Source: Candidatus Cloacimonadales bacterium (lineage in GTDB: Bacteria > Cloacimonadota > Cloacimonadia > Cloacimonadales > JAFGVF01). From it: a DNA stretch of 64,000 nt. Of this stretch, positions 1 to 10,004 are shown piece after piece. The translations under genes were made by a program, and so were the position numbers. The notes under the pieces are model-generated. The model was not told the origin of the DNA. It made no database searches and worked only from the letters and a program-made list of their open reading frames with translations. The stretch covers positions 352,001 through 416,000 of the forward strand of contig CAXXOU010000003.1 of assembly GCA_963677495.2 (NCBI GenBank), in the 5' to 3' direction. Within the stretch, counting starts at the first letter, position 1. Every line of letters begins with the position of its first letter.

Positions 1-164
1 GCTACCTGATGTTATTGATTATATTTCAAATTTCATATATCATTATTCAACCTATGCTAGCATAAAGTACGATTAGAGCTTTTTTACTCAAAACCATCGA
101 GACCGTGTTAAATATAAGTAAAAATTTAGTTTATGTGTAAGATTTGCAAAACTAAAACTTGTAC

Positions 165-299
165 GTGAAGATTGTAAATATTATTCAAACTATCCAATAC
201 ACAACCCAATATTATTCAGGCATCACAGACGATGTAGAAAGAAGATTATCAGATCATAACTCTAGAAAATCATACTATTCTTTGATAGAATTGCTTTAG
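165..299 (+). pseudogene. truncated GIY-YIG (YhbQ/UPF0213-like) nuclease remnant
   Basis: 44-codon frame not in the ORF track: VKIVNIIQTIQYTTQYYSGITDDVERRLSDHNSRKSYYS..., matching the Y.G.T.D..RRL..HN motif. It stops before the C-terminal half. Confidence 0.55.
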
Positions 300-308
300 A
301 TTATCCCC

Positions 309-671
309 CTATCTCAACCACTCCATAGCCTTATCATAATCAGAAGTTATCATAAAGAATAAACCTCGATTGTTTGTGACAGTTTCATAAAAGTTACCGG
401 CTTCGAGCTCATTTTTATCATATAATACTGCAACCCGAACAACTCTTGGTGCAGCTGCTTTAATCTGCTTTGCTAATCTGACTGTATCAAAAGTATCAAG
501 CTTATGCTTTAAATGCTTTTCATTGCAAAATATTTTTTTACTCTCATGCTTTGCAGCCATTTCGATAACTGCTTCTACATATTGAAGAGTATCCTCGAGT
601 TTATCTGCAACACCTGTTGCATTAACCTTTAAGAAATCACCTGCTATCTCTATTTGATAATCGATTTTCAT
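309..671 (-). CDS. hypothetical protein, STAS/SpoIIAA-like fold
   Basis: 120 aa with AGGAG RBS. The pattern ending 'D.DKAMEWL' is typical of SpoIIAA-like small proteins. Confidence 0.6.
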   Translation of the reverse strand: MKIDYQIEIAGDFLKVNATGVADKLEDTLQYVEAVIEMAAKHESKKIFCNEKHLKHKLDTFDTVRLAKQIKAAAPRVVRVAVLYDKNELEAGNFYETVTNNRGLFFMITSDYDKAMEWLR

Positions 672-813
672 AGATTAATGTCTCCTTAGAATTATTAGAC
701 TATAGCGATTTACATAGAATCGTCTACAAGACCCTTTTATAAAAGTATACACCAAACTATGATAAAGCATAATTATTTATAGATTGCTTTTTTTCTTATA
801 GTTAGCTTATGGG

Positions 814-1248
814 CTAAGATTCATACTTCTCATAATAATCTAAGTCTTTTAAAACCTTATTTCTGGCAAATGGATAGATGATAATTAAAGAAACTAACTG
901 CGTTAAGAAAGCCCATCCAATTGCATTACTATTAAGATCTATTACATTACTTACTGAAAACATAATCAACCACAATGTCATGCAGGGATATATGAAATAA
1001 AAAGATACTTTATGGGCTATCTGCGTTCGTATTTCCTGCTTTAACTGTTTTCTCTTTCTTAAAATTAGCAAAACAACAACAGCAACTACCCAACCTGCAA
1101 TAAAAAGTGGCAATACAAATGAATCAGGAATCATAGATTTATCAAAGATCTCCGGATGCTTTGTTACAATTATTTTAGCTATTTGTGCCAGTAAAACACT
1201 AACAAAAATTTCTATTGATAGAATAACATATAACTTTCGTTTATTCAT
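814..1248 (-). CDS. hypothetical membrane protein (about 4 TM)
   Basis: AGGAG RBS and four hydrophobic segments. Confidence 0.7.
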   Translation of the reverse strand: MNKRKLYVILSIEIFVSVLLAQIAKIIVTKHPEIFDKSMIPDSFVLPLFIAGWVVAVVVLLILRKRKQLKQEIRTQIAHKVSFYFIYPCMTLWLIMFSVSNVIDLNSNAIGWAFLTQLVSLIIIYPFARNKVLKDLDYYEKYES

Positions 1249-1295
1249 GGACTTCTCCTTGCAATTTGTAGGTAACCTCTTTAGCTATTTTCACA

Positions 1296-4200
1296 CTACT
1301 TCATCAGAAGCATTTTTCTGGTTTTGTGATAATTATCAGTAGTCATTCGATAGAAGTATACACCACTTGAGCAGTTTCTTCCATTATTATCTTTCCCCTT
1401 CCAGACAATCTCATGATCTCCGGTAGGTTGATACTTATCAGTAATTGTTTTTACTAACTGCCCTCTTATGTTGTAAATTGATATGTTCACATGTTGCGGA
1501 CTCTTTAGATTGTATCGAATTGTCGTTTCAGGATTAAAAGGATTAGGGTAATTGTTACCTAAAAGCGTAACAAACGGCTGTTGTAAATCATCTTCAATAT
1601 CTACAAGTTCGTTGTTTGAGATCCTAATGTTATCAATCATAAGTACACCTGAGTTGTCAGAAATATTCTGAATTACGATTTGAATAGAATCAGCATTTGT
1701 TTCTGATAAATCATATTCATATAGAGTCCAACAATCAGGTGGTTCGATAGGAGTATCACCATTAAGGCATATATAATCCTCATCATCACAAATGTTATCA
1801 ACCAATACATTGAATTTACATGGGTTGCCATCATAAGAATATGATTTAGTAACAAAGTTCAATATCTCTGTACTATTCTCTATTTCGAATGGAGTTGATA
1901 ACAGCCAGTCATTTGCAACTCCTGAAGTTGGAGTGAATGCAGCAGCATAACGATCTCCGTTAAAGGCAGGAGCTGATGTAAATGGAGGAGTTGTTTGGCT
2001 AGGATTAAAGGTAATGAATCCCATAGTATTCTCTTCGACGGAGAAGTCGCACTCCGGTAACGCAATTGTTGGCAGAGAATCTAGATCTATTGTAGACCAG
2101 CTACCTTGAATAGCATAGAAGTTTTGGAGACTATCAAAGTCTTCAGAGTAGTAAGAATCAGTCTCATTAGAGATGTAAAAACTCACACTATTAGATACTA
2201 CTGATTGTCTATATGGGTTTTGGTAAACAGCACTCACAGTAAACTCATAATCATGTACTATTACAAGCGCGTCTTTAGGTACAAAGAAGGAAGAAGATAC
2301 TATTGGGCTTTCATTAAAGAGAATACCATTAGCAAATACATTGTATCCAACAAAATCTTCCTCTGATGGCATAGCTTCATTCCAGTTTAAGCAGACACCT
2401 GAACTACATAAGTAGCCTGTTAAGTCTTCCGGTGCATTCAGCGTACTCTCACCTGGTGGGGCGTCGAAAACTTTCACATCATCAAGACAGATATCACCCA
2501 GTTGATTTGAACCTAAAGCTTCATGCCCAATGAATGTAACGGTTATTGTATTAGCAGATAGTTCAGGAATAGGAATGACTTGTTCCTTCCAGAAATTGGT
2601 ACCGTTAGGACAAACTGCATTAGCAACGATTACAGAATCGCTGTCTGTCCTAATAAGTACATCCATAGATGATTCATTGGAGCTACTACCAATCCAATAC
2701 TTAAAACTAACATGTGGATTTGATAATCTAGATATATCAATAGGGACGCTATTCAGATATACCGGTGATATATTAGGCCACATAGTGTCTTGCATCATAT
2801 AATATCCACCATTACCGGTAGCCTCTTCTGATGCTCCAAATCTAGCGTCCTGATCTGTTACAAACCAGCTATCTTCTCCTAGCTGAGGTTCAATTACCCA
2901 ACCATCAGGGGATAAATCTGTGTCAAATGATTCAAAGTAGGGAGGTGAAAGCACAAAGTGATCAGTTCCTACAGCATTTACAGGAATAGTAGTCGTTCCC
3001 ATGCCTGATAATATTGTAATGTAATTACCTAATGCACCACACTCTCTACGTTTTAAGTTAACTGTTACTAATTCAGTTCCTCCAGCCATCAGGGTGAACG
3101 GACATTGAGTGTGAAGTAGTGAGTAGTTAATAGTATCATCAGTTAGGATTGATTGAATATTCAAAGGAGTTTGACCTAGATTTTGAATCTCAATGATTTT
3201 AGATTCTTGTAAAGAGCCAACGGAGTTGGTACCAAAGTCCAACTCCACAGGAGAAACTCTTACTTCTGATTCGGTCTCTAAAGGAGTGCAATGGAATCTA
3301 GTATCAACTACATATTCTTCCAACCTAAATCCATAGAAAGGACTATCTATATTAATTGGAGTATCACTATCAGATGAGCCACAACTTAGAGTTTTTGTGC
3401 CAATAACTTGAGTTGAGATATATCTGTATGGCATAGATTCATCTGTAAGAATCTCTTCGAAAAGAGCAATAACAATATTATCTGAGCCATTAAAAATAAA
3501 AGCAGTATCAAGTTCAACCTCAACCCATTGGTCAATAGTTTCTATGGGCATTGGCCCATTATATACTTCTAGCATTCTCTCTGTTGAAATCCAATCACTA
3601 TTTGAATCAAAAACAGATTTAGATGTATGTCCCACAAGAATCTTCCAATTAGCTATATCTTCCTCAAAATATTGATATTTACGTTTGAATGCAATATGCT
3701 CAATCTTAGAAGGTATTGAATTCAATGTTGAATGAGTGTAAAGAGATTGAGAATATGATTGAAATCGATTGTTATATACCGGAACCCCATAATGTTCACT
3801 ATCTCCACTGCCGAAGAATATATTCTCACCTGTTCTTGTTGTGAAGCTTCGAATTTGAGAGTTTGTAGCATCTCCTATATCGTTATATGGAATTACTTGC
3901 CAATAGTATTGGGTGTTTTCTTGTAAATCACTATAGTTATAGTTTGTAGTTAAACCTATATCTAGGTTATTTATGAGGTTAGTAGGCGGATTGTCTGTAC
4001 CCAATGATAATCTATATCCTTGCGTGTTCAGAGAGTGCTCCCACATTAGAGAGCCATATGAAAAGACATCATTTGCCTGGTCAAATGGTTTAGTTACTAA
4101 AGTAGGTTCTGGAATATCCTGATAACATCCACAACCAAGACGCAGATTTGGAAGTAGGGGTTGAAGGAATTGAGCATTACCGTACTCAGTCATATAGTCC

Positions 4201-5699
4201 TTAAATTTGTAGTCATGACTTATTCTAGTCAATGTTCTTATCGAGTTGTCAGAAGTGCAATCCCCATAAAAGCTAATACCTTCTCCATATGAATATGAAT
4301 TATCATTAATATCATTTACAGCAATCACAAGGTTTAACAAGGGGTTAAAAACTAATGGACTGCTAAGTGGTATCTCAATCCAACCATCTACTCCAATGGG
4401 AGGGATTATTCCTTCATATACAAGATTTAATGATGGATATGGAATCCAATCTTCTCTGTCAGAAAAGTGGTCTTTAGACGTTTGTCCGATGAAAACCTTC
4501 CAATCATTGCACTGGTCCAGATTGTCTCCTTGGAGTTGGAATGAGATTCTTTCAATAGGAGTATCAATATAACTGATTTCTGAGTTTAGGACAATAAACT
4601 GAGCTGTTGAGTATTTAAAACCTGTTGATAGTGGTGCATTATCCGCAGTCTCAACACCATTTATAACATTGAAAAAGTCACCTGTAGTGAAGGAGTAATT
4701 ATCTTCTATTTCTTCTCTGGTAGCGGAGTTACGAGAGATAACTTTCCAGTAATAAGTTGTCATAGGGGCTAGATTAACATCTATACACTCAGATGCTTCA
4801 GCAACTCCATTTGACACTATCATTTCCTGCGGGGGGTAGGTTGTATCAAGATAAAGATCGTATTGATCAACATCTCCATTAAAATTCCATGATAGCTGAG
4901 TATTTATTGGTTCAGAGACCTGCCCATCAAGGGGTTCATATTCACTAATATGCCCCATTGTACCATCCCCGGTAGTAAACTCAAATACATGTTCGAAATT
5001 GAAAGTACCTGACTGAAATATAACTACCCAGAGGTATTGAGTATTTGGCATAAGTGCTTCAGTAACCTGATAGCTTTCAAACTCAGATGCCTGGTCGGGT
5101 TCATCCACAACAAGGATTGGAAACCCTGTTCCTAAACAGAGGATATACCCACTATTTATTAAATCTGTGTCTATACTATATTCCCACTGAAGATTTGGTA
5201 AAAGTCCGACATTAGTTGCCCCCATTGCCGGTGAGACATTGATAGGCTCAGCTCCGTTTAAATAACCTACATCTGTATATTCGAGAGTTATTGCAATCGG
5301 ATAATAACCTGAATGAGGTAAATTAATAACATTCCCCCCTTCGATACAAATGTAATAATCGTGCCCACCCTCAAGGCTTAAGTCTTCAATTTTCCCCCAA
5401 GAGCATCCCTCATGGTTCATGTCGGGAATTTCAACTTGGTTTTCATCGAATAATCTCAGCCTACTATTGAAATCACTACCATACAGTGAGATCTCAATGT
5501 TGTGCAGATCTTGAGGAAAGTTAATAAGATAGAAGCAATCCTGAGAGTCGTTCCCGATAGTGTCAGTGAATGGGGTTGTGTTACCTGAGTCATTGAATGG
5601 TAATGTTGATATTGGTGTTGCTGTAGCAAAAGTATCTCCCCCTACTGCATAGAGAGCTGTTGATACGATGATAAGAATTAAAGTCAGAACCTTCATCAT
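1296..5699 (-). CDS. large secreted surface/adhesin-like protein (Fn3-like repeats, Ig-like, MAM/cleaved-adhesin-like domains, C-terminal FlgD-Ig/T9SS-A-like tail)
   Basis: Signal peptide; repeated 'L.PNT.YYW.V' Fn3-like motifs; 'NDWLLST...IDNIRI' cleaved-adhesin-like segment; NYPNPFNPETTI tail. Confidence 0.85.
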   Translation of the reverse strand: MMKVLTLILIIVSTALYAVGGDTFATATPISTLPFNDSGNTTPFTDTIGNDSQDCFYLINFPQDLHNIEISLYGSDFNSRLRLFDENQVEIPDMNHEGCSWGKIEDLSLEGGHDYYICIEGGNVINLPHSGYYPIAITLEYTDVGYLNGAEPINVSPAMGATNVGLLPNLQWEYSIDTDLINSGYILCLGTGFPILVVDEPDQASEFESYQVTEALMPNTQYLWVVIFQSGTFNFEHVFEFTTGDGTMGHISEYEPLDGQVSEPINTQLSWNFNGDVDQYDLYLDTTYPPQEMIVSNGVAEASECIDVNLAPMTTYYWKVISRNSATREEIEDNYSFTTGDFFNVINGVETADNAPLSTGFKYSTAQFIVLNSEISYIDTPIERISFQLQGDNLDQCNDWKVFIGQTSKDHFSDREDWIPYPSLNLVYEGIIPPIGVDGWIEIPLSSPLVFNPLLNLVIAVNDINDNSYSYGEGISFYGDCTSDNSIRTLTRISHDYKFKDYMTEYGNAQFLQPLLPNLRLGCGCYQDIPEPTLVTKPFDQANDVFSYGSLMWEHSLNTQGYRLSLGTDNPPTNLINNLDIGLTTNYNYSDLQENTQYYWQVIPYNDIGDATNSQIRSFTTRTGENIFFGSGDSEHYGVPVYNNRFQSYSQSLYTHSTLNSIPSKIEHIAFKRKYQYFEEDIANWKILVGHTSKSVFDSNSDWISTERMLEVYNGPMPIETIDQWVEVELDTAFIFNGSDNIVIALFEEILTDESMPYRYISTQVIGTKTLSCGSSDSDTPINIDSPFYGFRLEEYVVDTRFHCTPLETESEVRVSPVELDFGTNSVGSLQESKIIEIQNLGQTPLNIQSILTDDTINYSLLHTQCPFTLMAGGTELVTVNLKRRECGALGNYITILSGMGTTTIPVNAVGTDHFVLSPPYFESFDTDLSPDGWVIEPQLGEDSWFVTDQDARFGASEEATGNGGYYMMQDTMWPNISPVYLNSVPIDISRLSNPHVSFKYWIGSSSNESSMDVLIRTDSDSVIVANAVCPNGTNFWKEQVIPIPELSANTITVTFIGHEALGSNQLGDICLDDVKVFDAPPGESTLNAPEDLTGYLCSSGVCLNWNEAMPSEEDFVGYNVFANGILFNESPIVSSSFFVPKDALVIVHDYEFTVSAVYQNPYRQSVVSNSVSFYISNETDSYYSEDFDSLQNFYAIQGSWSTIDLDSLPTIALPECDFSVEENTMGFITFNPSQTTPPFTSAPAFNGDRYAAAFTPTSGVANDWLLSTPFEIENSTEILNFVTKSYSYDGNPCKFNVLVDNICDDEDYICLNGDTPIEPPDCWTLYEYDLSETNADSIQIVIQNISDNSGVLMIDNIRISNNELVDIEDDLQQPFVTLLGNNYPNPFNPETTIRYNLKSPQHVNISIYNIRGQLVKTITDKYQPTGDHEIVWKGKDNNGRNCSSGVYFYRMTTDNYHKTRKMLLMK

Positions 5700-5945
5700 A
5701 ATCTCCTCCGAAGATCAAGAAGCAGCTTGCCTGCCCAGATAATTAATGAACATTATTCAATTATTGCTGTTATCAATTGAATAATGGGTCAAACATTTGT
5801 ATTGTCAATACTTTTTTTTAATAGGTGATAAAATAGTATATTTCCATTACAGACATAATGTGCATTTATAATTACTTTGAATAGTGTTCAATAAAAGTAT
5901 TGACAAATCTTTGCAATGCGTATATTTATAGTTCTAGAGGAAACT

Positions 5946-6269
5946 ATGAAGGTACATAAGACAACAACACTTGGAGTGTTTTTTAGCGTGATTTCTTTTG
6001 TTTTCATCGTGAGTGAAGAATATGGCGAGAATACATTAGTAATATATCATTACCTACAATACTTAATTGCAGGGGGAATTATCACTGCATCTGTCCTTTC
6101 TATAAAGCAACCAAGATTTTCCAGTGTTATTACAGGAACTATTTTCATTTTGCATTTTATGCTTATACTACAATATCTATCTGTACTGAGCTTTGTTTTA
6201 ACTACTTTCTGTATTCTATTAGCTTCGGTTTTCTACTTTATTACTCCCAAAAACACATACCAGTATTAG
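5946..6269 (+). CDS. small hypothetical membrane protein
   Basis: Start moved to ATG 5946, which follows a GAGG RBS. Hydrophobic, about 4 TM. Confidence 0.55.
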   Translation: MKVHKTTTLGVFFSVISFVFIVSEEYGENTLVIYHYLQYLIAGGIITASVLSIKQPRFSSVITGTIFILHFMLILQYLSVLSFVLTTFCILLASVFYFITPKNTYQY

Positions 6270-6300
6270 TAAGAATCACTCAACAGGCTGAAATGTGATA

Positions 6301-6318
6301 AGTATGAAAATTCATATT
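6301..6318. promoter_or_regulatory. palindromic operator candidate (AGTATGAAAATTCATATT) upstream of the sulfur-relay operon
   Basis: Near-perfect inverted repeat just upstream of TTGACT (-35-like). The operon encodes an AbrB-family regulator. Confidence 0.35.
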
Positions 6319-6381
6319 TAGCTTGACTTGTATGCAGCGAAAACTTCTTTGGCTCCAGAAATAATATTTTAGGAGACAGGA

Positions 6382-8808
6382 ATGAAAGTTCTTATTGTTG
6401 GTGGAGTTGCCGGAGGTGCTAGTACATTAGCACGACTGAGACGTTTAGATGAACGTGCTGAGATAGTTATGGTTGAGCGAGGTAAATACATAAGTTTTGC
6501 TAACTGTGGATTGCCTTACCATATTGGCGGGGTTATCAAGAACCGAGAGAACCTTTTAGTGGAGATTGAAGAGGGTTTAGAACAAAAATTCAATGTAGAC
6601 ATTAGAGTAGAGACTGAAGCAATCACAATAGATAGATCACGAAAGGTGGTTGTTCTTAAGAATCTCCACACAGGAGTTGAGTATGAAGAATCATATGATA
6701 AACTTGTTCTTTCTCCAGGTTCAATTCCATTTATCCCTGACCTCCCTGGAATCAATTCAAGAAGAGTACATTCACTTCGCAACATGAGTGATATGGATGG
6801 CATTATCGAATATATAAACACTCATAAAGTTAAGAATGCAATTGTAGTTGGTGGGGGATTTATAGGAGTTGAGACTGCTGAAAACCTCTTTGAACGTGGC
6901 ATTGATGTAGCAGTAGTAGAACGCGCACCTCAAATACTCGGTCAATTCGATTGGGACTTTGCCCAGATGGCTCATGAACAACTCGCTGATCATGGAATAA
7001 AAATCTATCTTGAGACATCAGTGGAAGGCTTTGAAGAGGTACCTGATGGTGTAAAAGTCATTCTTGATAATGATAGTGAACTTGAAGCCCAATTAGTCAT
7101 ACTTTCTATCGGAGTAGTGCCGGAAAGTAAGCTTGCTGTTGACGCTGGACTCGATATTGGTCATAAAGGTGCAATAATTGTAAATGAGAACTTACTTACT
7201 TCTGATCCTGATATCTATGCTGTTGGAGATGCAATTCAAGTTACATGTCAGATTCGTAATGAACCGATTTTAGTTCCTTTGGCATGGGGAGCAAACAGAC
7301 AGGGGAGACTCTGTGCTGATAATATCTGCGGTATGGATAAGAAATTCAGCCCACAGCTTGGTACATCAATTCTGAAAGTTTTTGATTATACTGGAGCAGC
7401 AACAGGGCTTAGCGCATTTCAATTAGAAAAAGCAGGCATTGAGTTTAAAACCGTCGTTGCAACACGTAACAATCATGCGGGTTATTATCCGGGTGCATTC
7501 CCAATGATGCTGAAGCTACATTATGCTGAGGATGGAACAATACTAGGTGCGCAAGGATTTGGTCTTGATGGAGTAGACAAAAGAATCGATGTCATTGCAA
7601 CAGCTATAAAAGGTAACTTAAAAGCGTGGGATTTACAAGATATTGAAGTAGCCTATGCACCACCTTTCAATTCTGCAAAAGATCCTGTTAACATCTTGGG
7701 CTATATGGCTGAGAACCGCAAGACCGGTATGGAGGAATCCATCACATGGAAAGAACTTGTCCAAGTTCAAGACAAAGTACAGATTTTAGATATCAGAACA
7801 TATGCAGAACGCTCTTTAGGTCACATAGAAAATGACATTCATATTGAATTAAATGATCTTCGAACAAGAATCGAGGAGTTGGATAAAGGTAAAGAATATG
7901 TTGTTTATTGTGCAATGGGGCATAGAGGATATATCGCATTCAGAATTCTGAAGCAGTATGGATTCAGAGTTCGGAATCTTATTGGTGGTTATAAACTATA
8001 TAAATATGCTTTCTCAAGCTTCGAACCTAAAGATGTAGCTGCAAAGAAAGATAAGCACTACCTGGAAAGCAACATTGATATAAGTAAACGCATTGTACTT
8101 GATGCATGTGGATTACAATGTCCCGGTCCGATAATGAAAACAAAAGAGGCGATGGAGACTCTAGAAAATGGTCAACTGCTTGAAGTTAAAGCGAGTGACC
8201 CCGGATTTAAGAAAGATGTTTATCATTGGGCCGATAGTACCGGTAATCAGGTTATCGAAACTAGCTTTGAAAAAGGGATAGTTACAGCTATTCTTCAAAA
8301 GGGTACAGGACGATCAAAAAACATTGGACTGACAGTTGAGAAGAATGGGCAAACAATCGTTGTGTTTAGTGGTGACTTAGATAAAGTTCTTGCGTCCATG
8401 ATTATCGCAAACGGTGCACTTGCTATGGGAAAAGATGTAACGCTATTCTTTACTTTCTGGGGATTAAATGCACTTAGAAGGAAAGGAACAAAGGTTAAGA
8501 AACCTTTGCTTGAGAAGATGTTTGGTGCTATGATGCCTGAGGGTATGGATGAACTCAAAATCTCTAAGATGAACATGGGTGGTATGGGCACTGCATTGAT
8601 GAAATCAATTATGCAGGAGAAGAATGTTGATAGTCTAGACACGCATTTGAAAAGTTTCTTGAAAAATGGTGGAAAAATAATTGCCTGTACAATGTCAATG
8701 GATGTATTAGGTATAACAAAAGATGAATTAATAGATGGAATCGAGTATGCCGGTGTTGCTTCATATTTAGGTGAAGCAGAGAAGGCAAGTTCTAACCTGT
8801 TTATTTAG
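6382..8808 (+). CDS. CoA-disulfide/persulfide reductase fused to rhodanese, TusA/SirA and DsrE-like domains
   Basis: GGVAGG FAD motif, SFANCGLP redox Cys, GGGFIG NADH motif, YAPPF; rhodanese CAMGHRG; TusA LDACGLQCPGP; DsrE FFTFWGL...ACTMSMD. Confidence 0.92.
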   Translation: MKVLIVGGVAGGASTLARLRRLDERAEIVMVERGKYISFANCGLPYHIGGVIKNRENLLVEIEEGLEQKFNVDIRVETEAITIDRSRKVVVLKNLHTGVEYEESYDKLVLSPGSIPFIPDLPGINSRRVHSLRNMSDMDGIIEYINTHKVKNAIVVGGGFIGVETAENLFERGIDVAVVERAPQILGQFDWDFAQMAHEQLADHGIKIYLETSVEGFEEVPDGVKVILDNDSELEAQLVILSIGVVPESKLAVDAGLDIGHKGAIIVNENLLTSDPDIYAVGDAIQVTCQIRNEPILVPLAWGANRQGRLCADNICGMDKKFSPQLGTSILKVFDYTGAATGLSAFQLEKAGIEFKTVVATRNNHAGYYPGAFPMMLKLHYAEDGTILGAQGFGLDGVDKRIDVIATAIKGNLKAWDLQDIEVAYAPPFNSAKDPVNILGYMAENRKTGMEESITWKELVQVQDKVQILDIRTYAERSLGHIENDIHIELNDLRTRIEELDKGKEYVVYCAMGHRGYIAFRILKQYGFRVRNLIGGYKLYKYAFSSFEPKDVAAKKDKHYLESNIDISKRIVLDACGLQCPGPIMKTKEAMETLENGQLLEVKASDPGFKKDVYHWADSTGNQVIETSFEKGIVTAILQKGTGRSKNIGLTVEKNGQTIVVFSGDLDKVLASMIIANGALAMGKDVTLFFTFWGLNALRRKGTKVKKPLLEKMFGAMMPEGMDELKISKMNMGGMGTALMKSIMQEKNVDSLDTHLKSFLKNGGKIIACTMSMDVLGITKDELIDGIEYAGVASYLGEAEKASSNLFI

Positions 8809-8817
8809 GAGGTAAAC

Positions 8818-9054
8818 ATGATAGAATTCAAAGATGGTGCATGTATTTGCGGTACTGTTAAAGTTGGAGAACGTGGTCAGATAGTAATACCTAAGAAAGC
8901 TAGGGATTACTTTGATATCCAAGCAGGTGACTCTCTAATTGTGCTTGGAGATAAGAATAAAGGTATCACAATTATTAAGGCTGATAAGCTTGAAAGCTTT
9001 GCAAACATGTTGTTGCAGAATGTTCAGGAAAATAAGGAGCAGGAAAATGATTAA
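8818..9054 (+). CDS. AbrB/MazE/SpoVT family DNA-binding protein
   Basis: GTVKVGERGQIVIPKKAR motif; AGGAGG RBS. Confidence 0.9.
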   Translation: MIEFKDGACICGTVKVGERGQIVIPKKARDYFDIQAGDSLIVLGDKNKGITIIKADKLESFANMLLQNVQENKEQEND

Positions 9055-9220
9055 GGTTATCAAAGAGTTTTGTCCACAGAACCATTTCTGTCCAACAAAG
9101 CGAATCTGTCCGGTAGATGCCATAAAGCAGGATGGGTTTAATGCCCCGACTATTGACAAAGATAAATGTATAGATTGTGGGAAGTGTATTAGGTCATGTC
9201 CCGCATTCAGAAAAGCATAA
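9047..9220 (+). CDS. small 4Fe-4S ferredoxin-like protein
   Basis: Start at ATG 9047 (MIKVIKEFCPQNHFCP...), overlapping the upstream stop. CxxCxxCxxxCP motif CIDCGKCIRSCP. Confidence 0.85.
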   Translation: MIKVIKEFCPQNHFCPTKRICPVDAIKQDGFNAPTIDKDKCIDCGKCIRSCPAFRKA

Positions 9221-9268
9221 AAATCACTATCAGTATTTTGACATGATATGAATGTAATCCATAACTAA

Positions 9269-9398
9269 ACCCCTTCAATCCTCGGGAGTGAATGGGGACT
9301 TAGTTGAGGATTTGGTGGGAATTTCTCGGGCAAAGCCCCGAGTGATTCCCGAGAGAGTCCCGGGAGATTCCCGTGTGTGTCCCGGGGATTGAAAGGGT
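9269..9398. repeat. 130-bp imperfect palindrome made of inverted 11-bp-phased arrays
   Basis: G-rich cores at 9284/9295/9306/9317/9328 and CCCG cores at 9337/9348/9359/9370/9381; terminal IR CCCTTCAATCC...GGATTGAAAGGG. Confidence 0.85.
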
Positions 9399-9615
9399 GC
9401 ATAGAGAGTATAAAGATGTTGCACTTCGTTCGAAGGACAGATTTCTTATATAATCAGAGACTTACAGGGACAGACAGGGACTAACAGCTAAGCACAGTTC
9501 TACTGTTTTTTGTTCCTTACTTTTATGCGTTCTCTATATAGTTTTTCAGTGAAGCCACTTTCTGAACAAATTTGTCTGCTAAATGCTTAACCTGTTTGTC
9601 ATTGCTATCTCTTAT

Positions 9616-9993
9616 CTACTTCTCCGGTATAGTAAAATAACTGGCATCGAAACGGTCGCTACCTACCCATAAGTCGATCTTTGTGCCACTTGATGTGCGA
9701 CTCACATCTGCATGTTTAATCTGCCAACCGATGAGATTAAGACGGGCTGCTCCGAGCATATCACCACCGCCCATTGTACCGTAGTAATCTGCTAATTCAG
9801 GACGTGTACCTGTATTTAGTGCTTTGTTGATATCTTCAAGTTCCTCATCTGTTCGCAGATGGTTGTCAACAACTGCAAGATGCATTCCATCCTCTTCCTG
9901 ATGAAGACTAATCACCATACGTTTGGGCTTTGTTTCTAATATGAAGTTAGATATTTCTCCGATTATATGAAGCAAGTACTCTTTGCTTTGCAT
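9616..9993 (-). CDS. conserved hypothetical protein, possible degenerate HATPase/RsbW-like fold
   Basis: GGAG RBS; co-transcribed with the upstream membrane protein; C-terminal 'GTKIDLW' strand. Confidence 0.6.
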   Translation of the reverse strand: MQSKEYLLHIIGEISNFILETKPKRMVISLHQEEDGMHLAVVDNHLRTDEELEDINKALNTGTRPELADYYGTMGGGDMLGAARLNLIGWQIKHADVSRTSSGTKIDLWVGSDRFDASYFTIPEK

Positions 9994-10004
9994 AGAAGAT
10001 CTCC

